This document shows, one piece after another, positions 24,578 through 39,434 of a DNA stretch of 64,000 nt. The translations under genes and the position numbers were made by a program. The notes below the pieces were generated by a model. That model had not been told where the DNA came from and searched no databases. It saw nothing but the letters and a program-made list of their open reading frames with translations. This DNA comes from Eledone cirrhosa (taxonomy: Eukaryota): assembly GCA_964016885.1 (NCBI GenBank), contig OZ024742.1:272614001-272678000 (forward strand). The letters run 5' to 3'. Within the stretch, counting starts at the first letter, position 1, and every line of letters starts with the position of its first letter.

Positions 24578-25319
24578 TGGAGGTGTGAGCTGCAGTCCCA
24601 TCAAATATGTAGGTTGTGTCTTAAATTGCAGGGTTAGTAGAAACAATTCATGTATAGTTTTGTACTTTTTTTTGTTGTCATTCATATATAAACAAATCTA
24701 CTATATACATTGGAAGTGTTCGGACGTTGTATATGTAGGTGTGGTCGGATAAACGTCGAAATGGCTTGGTGGAATGCAGCGAACATTTACACAGTTATGC
24801 AGAATGACCCGGGGAGGCGTTGGGGCGATCTTTAGGGGACAAGCTTCCATCGTTACAGAGAAAATCGATGAAACAGGAATTTGCCATTCAAATTAAACTG
24901 AGAGTAACCTGTGAACGCAGAAGTAAATATTTCGAGAAACGTTGCAACCGAACAAAAACAGGAAGACGATATTTTGGTTCGTGAATGCGTTCTCTGGCAA
25001 TACACGGGAAAAAAGCGAGGATAATACGTCGTTATGTGGAGCGTGAAGAACAATTGCATGCAAAGATAAGACCAAGTTTATGGTATAAATGGAATCGTTA
25101 GACTAATATTCTATTTAAAATAACAGAATGATTTCCAGCCCCGGAGTTTAAGAGTGATGTAAATAAAATTGAAAACGAAAATGACAGAGGTTATTAAAAT
25201 AGTAAAATAAATAGTGAAGATTTAGGCCAGTACATACGTATGCCCCGACGGACATACACATACATATGCACACACAAATACATACGCCCCCCCCCACACA
25301 CACACGAACGCACGCGCGT

Positions 25320-25763
25320 ATGTATAAACCTTATGCATTTCTACAGTATTTTCACCAAACTTAAGACATGGGTTACTTATGTACTCCGGATGGTCATGGG
25401 CACTGTCATTTTGCCAGATATTGATTATAGGGACCCCCGACAGATTACCCCTTTAAACACTTTAACCACTTCCTTAGAGTCAACTGAAGCACTGCAGTGC
25501 AATGCAACAAAACGTCACACCATCTGGAGTTCGCAACCGATTTTCACAAAACTTGACACATGGGCTACGTTTGTCCTACAAATGAATGTCAACTCTCAGA
25601 ATTGGCACATTTTGGGTAGGAACCCCTGGGGGCAGGAACCCCTTTTTGGAAAAAGCCAATGATTTTCTAAAAGTATAGTTTTCGAAGCAGGACTGAAGTT
25701 TTGACATTACTGGTATACACAACTGCTATTTAATATCCGAAAAACGCCGGGTACCTCTGCTAG
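25320..25763 (+). mobile_element. Non-autonomous Helitron-like element
   Basis: Two internal ATTTTCAC(C/A)AAACTT...ACATGGG subrepeats; 3' end CCGAAAAACGCCGGGTACCTCTGCTAG (decayed GC hairpin then CTAG). Confidence 0.55.
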
Positions 25764-25764
25764 G

Positions 25765-25855
<91 letters not shown>

Positions 25856-26120
25856 TGTATGTATGTATGTATACTGTTATAATTTCGGAGGGTCTTGCTT
25901 CCAGTTTTCACTTCAGTTTATTATAAATTTCCTGTTGGTTGGTTTCCATAACCGGATAGTTGATTATATATTGTCAAAGATATTTCGTCACATATCTGTG
26001 ACCTCCTCAATGATTAGGTAGTTATTGTGTCTCTCATTTGTCCTTTCCTACACCATCTTGTTTTGATGGTGTAGGCCACAACAAAGGAAAGACACAAGGA
26101 GAGACACAAAATAAAACCTA

Positions 26121-26163
26121 GTCACTGAGGATGTCACATAAAGTGTGACGAAATATCTTTGAC
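26121..26163 (+). ncRNA. Minimal hammerhead ribozyme motif in PLE-3 pseudo-LTR (decayed homologues at 25973-26014 -, ~30069-30104 -, ~33075-33117 +)
   Basis: GTCA-CTGAGGA-T-GTCACA(TAAAG)TGTGAC-GAAA-TATC-TT-TGAC. Confidence 0.68.
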
Positions 26164-26269
26164 AATATATAATCAACTATCCGGTTATGGAAACCAACCA
26201 ACAGGAAATTTATAATAAACTGAAGTGAAAACTGGAAGCAAGACCCTCCGAAATTATAATTCATTTTGT

Positions 26270-29149
26270 CCTTAATTGTAAGTTATGATCTTGCTCATCC
26301 ATTCATGTTTTCTATTTAATTTTGGTTGGAGTTCATTTATGTTTATTGCCTCTGTGATTTGTCTAAACATTGCGTCTTTTCTGTGTGTAGATTCTATTTT
26401 TATTTCTATGTCCTCTTATTTACCCTTATGTTCTATTTTAGCATGTTGGGTGGAGTATAGATGATTCTTTACTATCTTGAAGCTCTCGCCAGTGTTCATT
26501 TAACCGTTCCCTTATACTACGAGCTGTCTCACCTATGTACACTATATTCTTATCTCTACATTGTCCTTCGGTACATCTTATGCTATATACTACATTTCTA
26601 GTTTTACAGTTAATATGAGGGCTTAGTTTACAGATTATACATTTCTCATCTATACAGGGATATCTTTGAAAAGGGTATGTATTGCTAATAAGTGTTTTTA
26701 TGGAGGTACCTGGTCTTTCTACTATCTTAATATTGAGTATTGGTTTATCTAGGGCCATTCTAAATGTGTAAGCTAATTCATCTCTAGGGGTTGTATCGAT
26801 GAATAATACACTCTGGTATGTATTGCTATCATACCATGAGTTGTTTCTATTAACCATATTCCTAGTTCTTTCTATTCTATTCCAAAATTTGCTCCTATAC
26901 AAGGGGCAGGTCCCATTTGTATCATTATTTACCATTTTCTCCCATTTAGTTCTGGATCTTCTATATACTCTGATTTTATCTCTCTGATTGTAACCATAGA
27001 ACTGCATACGGTGGATGAATTGTTGTATGTGTCTCTCTAGTTCTTTGGGGTTGCACATGCGGGACACGTTTCTCATCACCCGTACCAAATCCGCAATCAG
27101 TATGTTGATTTTGGTATGGTCCGAAACACCTGATTTTCGGTGGATCAGATATTCGGAATTCATGGTTTTGGCATAAATGGAGGATTTGTTTTTTGTTATT
27201 AATTGTAACTAATAGAGCTCTGTGTCTAGTATAGGTAATCGATGGTTGGGGTCTTTGCTTGGGTAGTCTATAGTAACTCTAATACTCTGGTGGATGGAGT
27301 TAGCTATTTGCTGGATGCTTTCCATGGTGTTTTTCACTAATTCCTGACTGTTCTCTAGTGGGGGTGATTTACTACGATGTTTATATCATCAACGTAGCGG
27401 GAATACATTATCAGGGTTAAAAGGTTGCTGTCTTCTAATTTTTCTTTAAGTTTAAGTTTAAGTCTATTGTCCCACCATATTATGAATAGGTTAGCTATGT
27501 CACCTACAATTCTAACACCAATTGCTGCTCCCTCCTCTTGGACATATATTTTTCCATTAAATTTGAACATATGTTCCTTAAGGTTAATTTTATACTGGCC
27601 CCCACCGCATGTGCAATCATTTTCTTTAGTTCATCGTGGTTTTCGAGGGTCCGTATGGCTCTGGTCCACCCGTTCCATTTATCTGTGTGGTTTTTCTCGG
27701 CCATTGGGGTAATGGTAGGTGGTCTGCCTCTTGCTGGTCTTGTAGGGCACAGGTTGCTAAGGTCATATGTATGTAGATAATCATTATTATCGGTAAGTTT
27801 AAGTAGGAATCCCAGCTCACTGGTATCAATCCCATGGAATTCAACATTGCTCTCACTGATCATTTCTACGCATTTCTCCACAGCAAAATCCACGTCAATA
27901 GATAGATATAGGGACACAACATCCATACTACCTATTATGCAGTTTGTTAGGTCCCTAGATCGGTTACCCTCGCTGATTCTGCTGAGGAGGTCCTCCGTGC
28001 TGTCACATATATCTGGGGACATTCAATGATGGGGTGTATGATCAGGGAGAGGAAGTAGGAAAGTCTGTAGTTACTAGCCATAATAGCTCCACAGACTGGC
28101 CGTGTTGGTGGTCCTGTAACAGGGTCACTACTCGTTTTATGGTCTTTTCGAAGCCCATACAACGCTGGCGCGTCATTGTTCCATGCCTGCAAATTGCTGG
28201 CAGTCCTTTTGTTGGGCTGCATTATATTTGTCCACATCATCATATGGGCATTGAGGGGTTTTTTCCCTATCCTCAAGCTATTGTGCTATTACTTCTCTTG
28301 TGTTAGTGAAATCGGGTTGCATTGCCGGGATGTAGTTTGACAGACTGCCAACCGACATTCTGCCAGACTTGTCTTTTGGAAAGCATGCAATCTCTCCATT
28401 ACGCGAGCGCTGCATGAGCTTACGCAAGCCATTTGCAGAATTTTCTCCCAGTTGCTGGGCCTCCATTCTATGTTGCTTCTTGCTATACTGTTCTATAATA
28501 TTTCTAAGGTTACATGTAACTATACTAAATTGTGTTTCTGTATGTTCATCGACATGCGACGGCAATTGCGTGCGTTTGTTAAAAGCTAAAGTCGTGGCGT
28601 GGACTCATCGTAGGTCGAAAGACATTTCGGAAGGATTATAAAAAGTAGAGTTCCAGGCTGCTGCTTCATGTGTACTATTGCTATTATTATTGTTAGTTGC
28701 TTGATGGTTGTTTATATGTCTCTCATTATTACTCCTGCCTCTTTCCTCTGGCTCGTTGTTATTATCTACTCTATTTTGCGTGTCGGTGTGTTCGTCCTGG
28801 CTATTTTCTCGGTCATTATCGATAGTCTCCCTTCTCCTTTCAATCCTATTACCTTCCCTTATTTCTGTGTTACTGTCATTACCTCTTTTCTGTGTCTCCG
28901 TGTTTCTTAAGATTGTGGTGGTGGTGAGAGGCATATAATGTGTGTGTGTTGTTGTTGTTGTTGATGTGTGCTGTTGTTGATGTGTGTTGTTTTTGTCTGG
29001 GTGTATGTTATTATTGTTGTGTGTGTTGTTATTGTTGTTTGTGGCTGCGTGTCTGTTGTTGTTGTTTCTGAGTATGTTATTATTGTTGATGTGTGGGTTG
29101 TGGTTATCGTTGTTTGTGTCTGTGTGTTTGTTGTTGTTGGGATGTGTGT

Positions 29150-29197
<48 letters not shown>

Positions 29198-29700
29198 TAT
29201 GTTGTTACTTTTGTTTTTGTTTTTGTTTTTGAGGCTCCAACGTAATTTTGTAAATGATTTTTCTATTTCTCACAAGTATTTTATCATATTCCCCTTATTA
29301 TATGTGGCATATTTAGGTGGTAGCTGTAATTCATCAGAGTCGACTGTAGTGTTGTCGTATATATTTGTGTTGTTGTTGTTGAATTCATCTGTTAATGAGA
29401 TGTCGGCCATATTTATACCGTCAATTTTCTCAGGATATCTATCGATATTCTCTAAAGTATCTTGTTTTATCTGTTTGAGCCATTTTAGTTTCTTGGTAAA
29501 GTGCTTGTCACATTCTTGAACAATGTACTTTTCTTCAAGATATATAATGTTTATAAATATTAATTTTTCTCTTGGTGTGGTGATCTTAGTTATTTCTTGT
29601 ATTAGGTTAGGCTTAAGTTTTTCTTGATGACTTAATTCTCTGTAAATCTTAATTTTATGTTTAGAATTAGTGTTCGTTTAACCTATCTGCTTGCTGTTTG
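26270..29700 (-). pseudogene. PLE-3 RT + GIY-YIG, disrupted
   Basis: DKSGR, LYGLRKDHK, RPVCGA, GSMDVVSLY, GAAIG...IANL, RYVDD, VVYSIRC...VYIGETARSIRERLNEH, RQITEA. Confidence 0.88.
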
Positions 29701-30569
29701 GTGAGTTGTAAACTTCTTACATCGGTGTTGATTGTGTTGGTTTAAACTCGGGACGAGGCACATTATTTTATGAAGTGTAGTTGAGGAGATCTTATTGTTT
29801 TCGTAGACGAAAGAACATGGTGGTTTTCAGTATCTTGTTAGCCTGGCAAAGGCTTACGATATTTCGTTTCTGAATTTGTTTAGCAAGATTCTTTATCTGA
29901 AAACGTGTGTTGAAACCATATTGTTATGCTTTGGGAGGGTCATGTTGTCAATAAGAAACACACGCACAGTTGCTTTCAATTCAATTTATTATAAATTAAA
30001 TTCATAAATTTAGGAATTTATAAATTCCCGGTTGGTTGGTTTCCACAACCAGACGATTGTTCATATATTGTCAATGTTCTTTCGTCACACATTCAATCAG
30101 TGACAGGGGATTATTTTCTTTGTTTTTGTGCCTCTCCTTTGTTCTGTCCTACGCCATCTTGTTTTTGTTGTGTGCTTAGTTTGCGCATGTGTTACATCCG
30201 AGTGTTTGTGTGTGTTTATATTTGTTTATTTATTTGTTTATTTACATGTTACTGGTTGGTTGTTTGTTCTATGTGTGTGTGTGTTTTCATTTTGTCCTAA
30301 ATTGTAAGTTGTGATGTTGCTATTCCATTCATGTTTTCTATTTAATTTTGTTTGGAGTTCATTTATGTTTATTGCCTCTGTGATTTGTCTAAACATTGCG
30401 TCTTTTCTGTGTGTAGATTATATTTTTATTTCTATGTTCTCTAATTTACCCTTATTTTCTATTTTAGCATGTTGGTGGAGTACAGATGATTCTTTATTAT
30501 CTTGACGCTCTCGCCAGTGTTCATTTATCCGTTCCCCTATACTACGAGCTGTCTCAACTATGTACACTA

Positions 30570-32880
30570 TAGAAACAACAACAACAGACACGCAGACACA
30601 AACAACAATAACAACACACACAACACTAATAAGATACACGGAGACAACAACACACATCAACCACAGCACACTTATAACAACAACAACACACACACATTAT
30701 ATGCCTCTCACCACCACCACAATCTTAAAAAACACACAGACACAGAAAAGAGGTAATGACAGTAACACAGAAATAAGCGAAGGTAATAGGTTTGAAAGGA
30801 GAAGAGAGACTATCGATACTGACAGAGAAAATAATCAGGACGAACACACAGACACACACAATAGAGTAGATTATAACAACGAGCCAGAGGAAAGAGACAG
30901 GAGTAATAATGAGAGACATAGAAACAACCACGAGGCTGTTGTTGGAAATCGAAATAGAAACAACACAACTAACAATAACAATAGCAATAGTACACATAAA
31001 GCAGCAGATTGGAACTCTACTTTTTATAATCCTTCCGGTATGTCCTTCGACCTACGACGAGTCCACGCCATGACATTAGCTTTTAACAAACCGCACGCAA
31101 TTGCCGTCGCAGGTCGATGAACAAACAGAAGCACAATTTAGTATAGCTAGATCTAAACTTAGAAATATTATAGAACAGTATAGCAACAAGCAAAATAGAA
31201 TGGAGGCCCAGCAACTGGAAGAAACATCTGCAAATGGCTTGCGTAAGCTCATGCAACGCTCGCGTAATGGAGAAATTGCATGCTTTCCAACAGACAAGTC
31301 TGGCAGAATGTCGGTTGACAGTCTGTCAAACTACATCCAGGCAATACAACCCCACATCACTAATGATTATCTAAATACAGATGGTCTTAGCAACCTGTGC
31401 CCTACAAGACCAGCAAGAGTCAGACCACCTACCATTACCTCTATGACCAAGAATACGCACACAGATAAATGGAGCGGGTGGACCAGAGCCATACGGTCCC
31501 CCGAAAACCACGATGATCTAAGGAAAATGATTGCACATGCGGTGGGGGCCAGTAAAAAATTAACCCTTAAGGAACATATGTTCAAATTTAATGGAAAAAC
31601 ATATACCCAAGAGGAAGGAGCAGCCATTGGTGTTAGCATTGCAGGGGAAATAGCTAACCTATTCATGCTATGGTGGGACTATAGACTTAAACATAAACAT
31701 AAAGAACAATTAGAAGACAGCAACTTCTTAACCCTCATAATGTACTTCCGCTACGTGATGATATAAACATCGTAGAAAAAACACCCCCACTAGAGAACAG
31801 TCAGGAATTAGAAAAAACACCATGGAAAGCATCCAACCAATAGCTAAATCCATCCAACAGAGTATTAGAGTTACTATAGACTACCCAAGCAAACACCCCA
31901 ACCATCGATTATCTGTACTAGAGACAGAGCTCTGGTTAGATACAATTAATACACAGAATATATCCTCCATTCCCATTATGACAAACCAATGACTTCCAAA
32001 TATCTGATCCACCGAAACTCAGCTGTTTCGGACCATACCAAAATCAACATACTGATTGCGGATTTGGTACGGTTGATGAGAAACGTGTTCCGCATGTGCA
32101 ACCCCAAAGAACTAGAGAGACACATACAACACTTCATCCACCGTATGCAGTTCTATGGTTACAATCAGAGAGATAAAATCAGAGTGCATAGAGGCGCGAG
32201 AACCAAATGGGAAAAAATGCTAAATAATGATACAAATGGGACCTGCCCCTTGTATAGGAGCAAATTTTGGAATAGAATAGAAAAAAACTAGGAATAAGGT
32301 TAATAGAATAATCTCATGGTATGATAGCAATAAATACCATAGTGTAACGTTCATCGATACAACCCCTAGATGTGAATTAGCTTACACATTTAGAAGGGCC
32401 CTAGATAAACCTAAACTCAATATTAAGATAGTAGAAATACCAAGTACCTCCATAAAAATACTTATTAGTAATACATACCCTTTTCAAATACCTCCCTGTA
32501 AAGATAAGAAATGTATAATCTGTAAATTAATCACTCATATTAACTGTAAAACTAGAAATGTAGTATATAGCATAATATGTACTGAATGACAATGTAGAGA
32601 TAAGAATATATTATACATAGGTGAGACAGCTCGTAGTATAGGGGAACGGATAAATGAACACTGGCGAGAGCTTCAAGAAAGTAAAGAATCATCTGTACTC
32701 CACCAACATGCTAAAATAGAACATAAGGGTAAATTAGAGAACATAGAAATAAAAATAGAATCTACACACAGAAAAGACGCAATATTTAGACAAATCACAT
32801 GAGGCAATAAACATAAATGAACTCCAACCAAAATTAAATAGAAAACATGAATGGAATAGCAACATCACAACTTACAATTA
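30570..32880 (+). pseudogene. PLE-3 second copy, 5'-truncated with an internal deletion near 31365
   Basis: PTDKSGR, GAAIGVSIAGEIANL, RYV, YIGETARSIGERINEH; the segment equivalent to ~27790-28300 is absent. Confidence 0.85.
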
Positions 32881-33321
32881 AGGACAACATGAAAACCCAC
32901 ACACACATAGAACCAACAACCAACCAGTAACATGTAAATAAACAATTAAATAAACAAATATAAACACACACAGACACCCGGATGTAACACATGCGCAAAC
33001 TAAGTACACAACAAAAACAAGATGGCGTAGGACAGAACAAAGTAGAGGCACAAAAACAAAGAAAAGAATCCCCAGTAACTGAAGAGCTCACAGAATGTGT
33101 GACGAAAGAAATTTGACAATATATGAACAATCGTCTGGTTGTGGAACACACCAACCGGAAATTCATAAATTGCTATATTTATAAATTTAATTTATAATAA
33201 ATTGAAGCGAAAGCATGGTGCGTGTGTTTCTTATTGGCAACATGACCCTCCCAAAGCATAACAATTTCGGTTTCAACACACGTTTTCAGATAAAGTATCT
33301 TGTTAAACAAATTCAGAAACG

Positions 33322-33373
<52 letters not shown>

Positions 33374-34128
33374 GGGTGGGTGGATGTCAATACAACAATA
33401 ATACCATACCAGGTACGAACGTTTCATTGACCGTATGATGACCAGCATTTTCAAACTGTGCCGATGAAAATGAACCGGAAAGTGTTTACTTATGGGATTA
33501 TAGGGTCGTAAACCTAAGGACCTTGAGAGAAGTGGGTCGATCCAGTCAGGTGGAAGATACTTGAAAATACTTAAATTGTCTAAAGGTCTATAAATTATGT
33601 AATGAAGAAAAGTGGTGAGTATTGAATTGTCTTCACAACAATAACAGCCAGCGGAACACACCGAATTTTATTTCGAATTGCTCTCATTCTTCTAAGTACA
33701 TTTTGAAGAAATGACTTTTTTCGTTTCGCTCTAGATTCTTCTTAAGAGCCGATTCCTTTATACAATCCACCAACCATACTTTTTACTGATATTTTTAAAC
33801 GATAATTCTAAATTATAATTTTAACCTTTTCTCGCCCTAAAACAGCATACGTAAAGTAAGTTCAAATCGACATGCAGCAATGTGTGAAATATATTCAAAC
33901 CCACACAAAATTTAAATATAGGTTTGAAAAGCTGCTCCTATTAAACACATTTATTACAAAAAAAAAAGAATGAGATAGTCATACCATTTTTTTAAAAACC
34001 CACCTATATTTATTTAAAACAAAAAGAAGAAAAAATAAACGATTATTTTATTTGCAGCTGGAAATTTGTCACTATATAAAAATGCTTAGATTCATTTTCA
34101 AAATTGTATTCTTATTTTCTCCCCCCCC

Positions 34129-34182
<54 letters not shown>

Positions 34183-34214
34183 ACACACACGCACACTCAC
34201 ATGCACACACGCAC

Positions 34215-34292
<78 letters not shown>

Positions 34293-34821
34293 ATATTTAA
34301 AATCCATTTGCAATACTATTCATAAACTGTTTGTCTGACATATCTTAATGTATTAAGTACCATGCAATATATCATTAATGTGTACCACGTGTAACGCATC
34401 GAACCAGTCCAATAGTAAGCGTTGTCTTTGGGGAGTTCAGATAAAACAAACACAAATTACACTTTAAGCTTTCTAGATGACTTATCACCATTAGATATTT
34501 TGACTCCAGACAATACACAAGGTTTTTAATCGATATTTATCAAAGAGTGGCTGCGGAACGATTGTAGCCGAATTTTTGATATTAATCAAATATATTCACT
34601 GATAAATACCAGTATCGATGGGTGTTTTTATGTTTGTTATTTATATGTGAATAATGTATGGACGTGTGTGTATTTGACTGTGTCTAGGGCATATCCGTAT
34701 ATTGATATATTCACTTTCACACATATAAACGTGTATACACATGTACACCTGTATCTATCTCTGTTTCTATCTAACTATCTACTTATTTATCCATCTATCT
34801 ATCGATCAATAGATTAGTCAA

Positions 34822-34910
<89 letters not shown>

Positions 34911-35361
34911 ATCACTCTGTATATATATATATGAAACAAAATGTGTTTTTGCTCTTAACACGGTGGATACCTAAATGTATTCTTGACTCAATAATATTAG
35001 TATAATAATAATATTATTAATATTTGATTTTTTGCAAGCAAATAGCTTCATAAACAAAATGTGTTACGTTACCAACGTCGTTGGCAGTAGTTCCAGTGTG
35101 TAGGAAAATGAGCAGAAACTTTTTCCAGTGCGGTCTACGCTTTGTGGTAGAGTCCGTACCGGAGATAGAACTCAATGTAATCCAATGGCGGGTAATCCAG
35201 TGAAATCCATAGAACATTCCGTGTTGCGCTGAGTTAATTCCTTAGATAAGAGTCAGATGATAGGTATTAAATTAACAATCAAAATAAAAACAACAAAGTC
35301 AAGTTATTTTACCTATACATATCATTTTTTTCTTCGTTTTATTATCATTCGTATACATAAA

Positions 35362-35558
35362 GGGCGGTGGATTGGCAGTATCGGTAAAGGGTCGGACGCC
35401 ATGTTTTGCAGCAAAGAGTTACGGCCCTTTATGATCTGACTTCAAATCCCGCCGAGGTGAACTTTGCCTTTCATCCATACGGGGTCGATGAAATAAAGTA
35501 CCAGTAATGCACTGAGATAATTGCTGGCCTTATGACAAAAGTAGAATTAATTATTATT
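35362..35558 (+). mobile_element. tRNA-derived SINE
   Basis: A-box-like TGGCAGTATCGG, B-box-like TTCAAATCC, family body CTTTGCCTTTCATCC...GGGGTCGAT, (ATT)n tail. Confidence 0.85.
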
Positions 35559-35830
35559 TGTATAAATATGCAATTTAACTGCACTGTCACTTCCATCGTT
35601 GAAAAAGCATATAAAGCTGAAACCGGTACACGATTAAATGCGGAAGTCTCTACTTTATAACTAAATGTTTTGATATTATACTGAAAAAAATCCCTCCACC
35701 ATTTTCTACTCTATTTTCTCCTTTGTTATTAGGTAATTATTAACATATTCCTTTACTTTTCTATATCTCAACTCATGGCATTTGATTGTATATATTATAC
35801 CATATTAAACTGCACATTACTTTCTATATA

Positions 35831-36012
35831 TAATATTATTTCTACTTTTGGCACAAGGCCAGCAATTACCCAGTGTTTTACTGGTACTTTATTTTATCGA
35901 CCCCGTAAGGATGAAAGGAAAAGTCAACTTCGGCGGGATTTGATCTCAGATCGTAAAGGGACGTAACTATGCTGGAAAGCATGGCATCCGACCCTCTACC
36001 GATACTGCCAAT
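35831..36012 (-). mobile_element. tRNA-derived SINE, same family
   Basis: Reverse complement of 35362-35558. Confidence 0.85.
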
Positions 36013-36204
36013 ATATAATATAATATTATGTAATATGGTATGCTGTAATAGCTGCGGATTTAATTTATCTTAAATTAACTTCCTTTATCTTCAACCTCAG
36101 AAATGACTACTTCAATACTAACTTTTTCTATTTAAGTATGATTATACATAACGTTTCTTTCTTCATTTATAGCACCATAGAGGCAAGTAAAAATAATAGC
36201 CAAG

Positions 36205-36790
36205 TTGAGGGGCATCCCACCTGAACTGGGATGAGGAAGAAGCGTATCAGCTTATGCCGACAACGTCACCGTTGTGGTGTCAAGAGCCAAACTCATCAAG
36301 GCGATAGTCTCTAATCTAACAGAATACGAGGCGTGACAGGAGCAATGGTTAACTAGGAAAAGTCAGTGGGCCTGCAGTTCAGCACCTGGAGTGGCCGCCC
36401 AACAGCGTCATCGGGTACTGGACGAACCGGTCAAATTGTTTGAGGTCTTGTTCTACTACCTCTTGACCGCCGTTTCTTCTCTTAAGCTTTTTTTAATTGC
36501 ACTGGAGGGTTGGCTCTTTCGCTTTTGTGGAATGGGTGCGCTCCAATGATCAGGTGGTCCATCTGCTGTCAGCATGCGTTGTGTGGAGGACTGGGTATGC
36601 TCTGGCTGATGATGCGCAGATATTGAGTATACGCCTGTAGATTGGAGGTGGAAAGCTAGGAGCTGGCACTTGTCTTGGTAGTCAGGGTCACCGTGATATT
36701 TTAATGGGTTTTTTCCACGTGTGACCCTCGGACGATTCCCCCTATTGGCGAATTTTCCTTTGTTTCATATTTTGTTACATCATTTGTTTT
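36205..36790 (+). pseudogene. Decayed, internally deleted 3' fragment of a Tx1-family LINE
   Basis: Aligns to the ORF2 YADD region (TATGCCGACAACGTCACC), EKSVGLQ, GLGM-WLMMRR and the 3' UTR CCCCCTATTGG. Confidence 0.8.
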
Positions 36791-37321
36791 ATATTTCTAT
36801 CTTCTGAATTTTGTTTTATCCCCTATTTTGGTTCCAGTAATCCTGTTACATAATTCTACAAATAAGACCAGATGAAATCGTCTAGTCTTGCATCATAATA
36901 GGATTATAGAGCTGGGCCATCGAAATACGTACACTGCTTTCGGGGGATTAAAATTCTAAAGTAAAGTTTTCTGTTGTTGTTGTTGTAATGGGTATATGAC
37001 ATTTGTTATACTTATTCACATGACAGTAATCAACCAACCAAATTATTTTTCTAAAGCCAAGCATTTCGAGCCACTTTTTTACATAGGAAACAGAAGTAAC
37101 ATTGGAACACCAACCAGATGCGAGAAAAACCACAAACCCTCCATCTCAATGCTATTTTCAAAAGCACAAGAACTGCGAAACCGGTAAAGGAACCATATAA
37201 ATATATTTTAAAAATAACAAAGACACCAGTTGCATTTTCGATTTCATCTTTTTTTCCTTATCCTTTCACTAGTGTAGGACACCTCGTTTTTTTTCATTTC
37301 GTAAAAGAAACGTCACTTACT

Positions 37322-37647
<326 letters not shown>

Positions 37648-38070
37648 GGGCGGTATATGTGTGTGTGTGAGTGTGAAAGTCATTTAAGAACTGAAACGTG
37701 AAATGGTTATTGTACGCTATAAAATATAAGGCTGTTGTGAGAAGGACAGGCTGAAATAGATTGGAGTGTGGCTATATCTATATAGATGACATATTCGTTC
37801 GAAATTATTTATTCTAACGGTCTAGAGACCAACAGGCGTATTTAGACATCACTAGGTGAACTGGGTGCATTTTGCATTCAGTTTAATCCCAAATATATTA
37901 TGAATGAATATCGTATATACGTAGCCGATAGCTCGGACCTGACAGTGGTGTACTCAATTGGCAGAGATGGTAGGAATCAAAAATCGTATCACCCAGATAC
38001 CGATTATATTATATTTCTGCGCGCATGAGCACATCAATATTTATATGAATGGTATAATACATTTTCTATC

Positions 38071-38265
38071 TAATAATTGATTCTACTTGTTGGCAAAAGC
38101 CCACCAATTATCCCAGTGTATTACTGGTGATATATTTTATCGACCCCGTAAGGATGAAAGGCACATTTGATCTCGGCGGGATTAGAACTCAGACCCTAAA
38201 CGGCAGTAACTCTAAGCTGCAAAGCAGGGCGTCCAACCCTCAACCGACACCACCAACCTGCCTCC
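38071..38265 (-). mobile_element. tRNA-derived SINE with probable target-site duplication
   Basis: Family body present; ACATTTTCTAT occurs on both flanks (38059-38069 and 38271-38281). Confidence 0.82.
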
Positions 38266-39053
38266 AATACACATTTTCTATGTAATAAAGCATTACGTAG
38301 AGATAAGCGAAGAGATTAGGGACATGTTGGTTGAAGATATTTAGTCCTAGATTTCTAATTTTAATATATTTATTCGTTTAGTGTATTCATTTTGTATATG
38401 TTATTTTACGGTTAGCTATTTATATTGTATTACTTTCTGAAATTTAATTGTCACTATTTAAAACTTTTGCCTGAGGTTTCAGTTTATTCCGTGATATTCA
38501 AATTCTTTTGTAAAATCTAAAGTGCCAGTTTAAATACTTAATTGTGTTTTGGTTCGGTATTATATGTTCCATAAGAGATTCATTGTTTCCTAGAAGTGTT
38601 TGGATTTGGTTGATAAATAATTAGAGAGGTTTCATTTAGACGATTCTCGTGTTAATCCAGAAGCGATTAGTTGATTTCATTCAAATTGCTTTTTGTTAAT
38701 GTAGTAGTATAGAACGGTTTCATAGAGTTTTTAGCTTTTCGTTAGTGGTATATTGATGGCGTTTATTAATTGGTGGATCTCATAAATACATGGTATTTTA
38801 TTGGTCAGGGCATCTTAATTGAAGAAAGAGACAATAAATGTTGCAGCCTGAAAAAGTTTTGCACTTCTGTAGCATTAGTTAGTACAGGATGGTGTGATTT
38901 ATGTATCGCTCTAAATGTCCCTGTTAATTATATTTTTCGATTATGTCTAGGGTAACATATACATGTGGTCACTCGTGCTCAGAATTTCGCAACATATTCC
39001 CTTGAGTGAAGTACAAGATTTCGTTTGGAGTCAAATTGTTTGCGCTTATGATA

Positions 39054-39140
<87 letters not shown>

Positions 39141-39252
39141 GGAATAGAATGAAACGAAATTTCATTTCTCACTCTTAGTACGACACTTACTTAAATGTAA
39201 GTATGTATGTATATGCACATACATATATGTATACAGACGTACAGTAGCATGA

Positions 39253-39283
<31 letters not shown>

Positions 39284-39434
39284 ATGGCACACATATATAT
39301 ATATGCACGTATCAGTTTACCGAACATTTATTATAATGTTCGCTTTGTTCGTTTGTAAACAAACGAACAGCCTGATTTACGCCGTACAGTGTTCAGGTAA
39401 CCACGTCACCTTTTTGTTCAACACTGACACAGGA

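Larger units (their letters stand above)
25877..33325. mobile_element. Penelope-like element PLE-3 complex: minus-strand ORF, partial tandem pseudo-LTR and inverted 5'-truncated plus-strand copy
   Basis: 29870-30570 mirrors 32620-33325; 26270-29190 (-) mirrors 30570-32880 (+); HHR motifs lie in the pseudo-LTRs. Confidence 0.85.

Noticed and set aside
36865-36937. Long-stem-II HHR (CAGATGA...GAAATACGTAC)
   Set aside because: Core mismatch, no UH site and no stem I.
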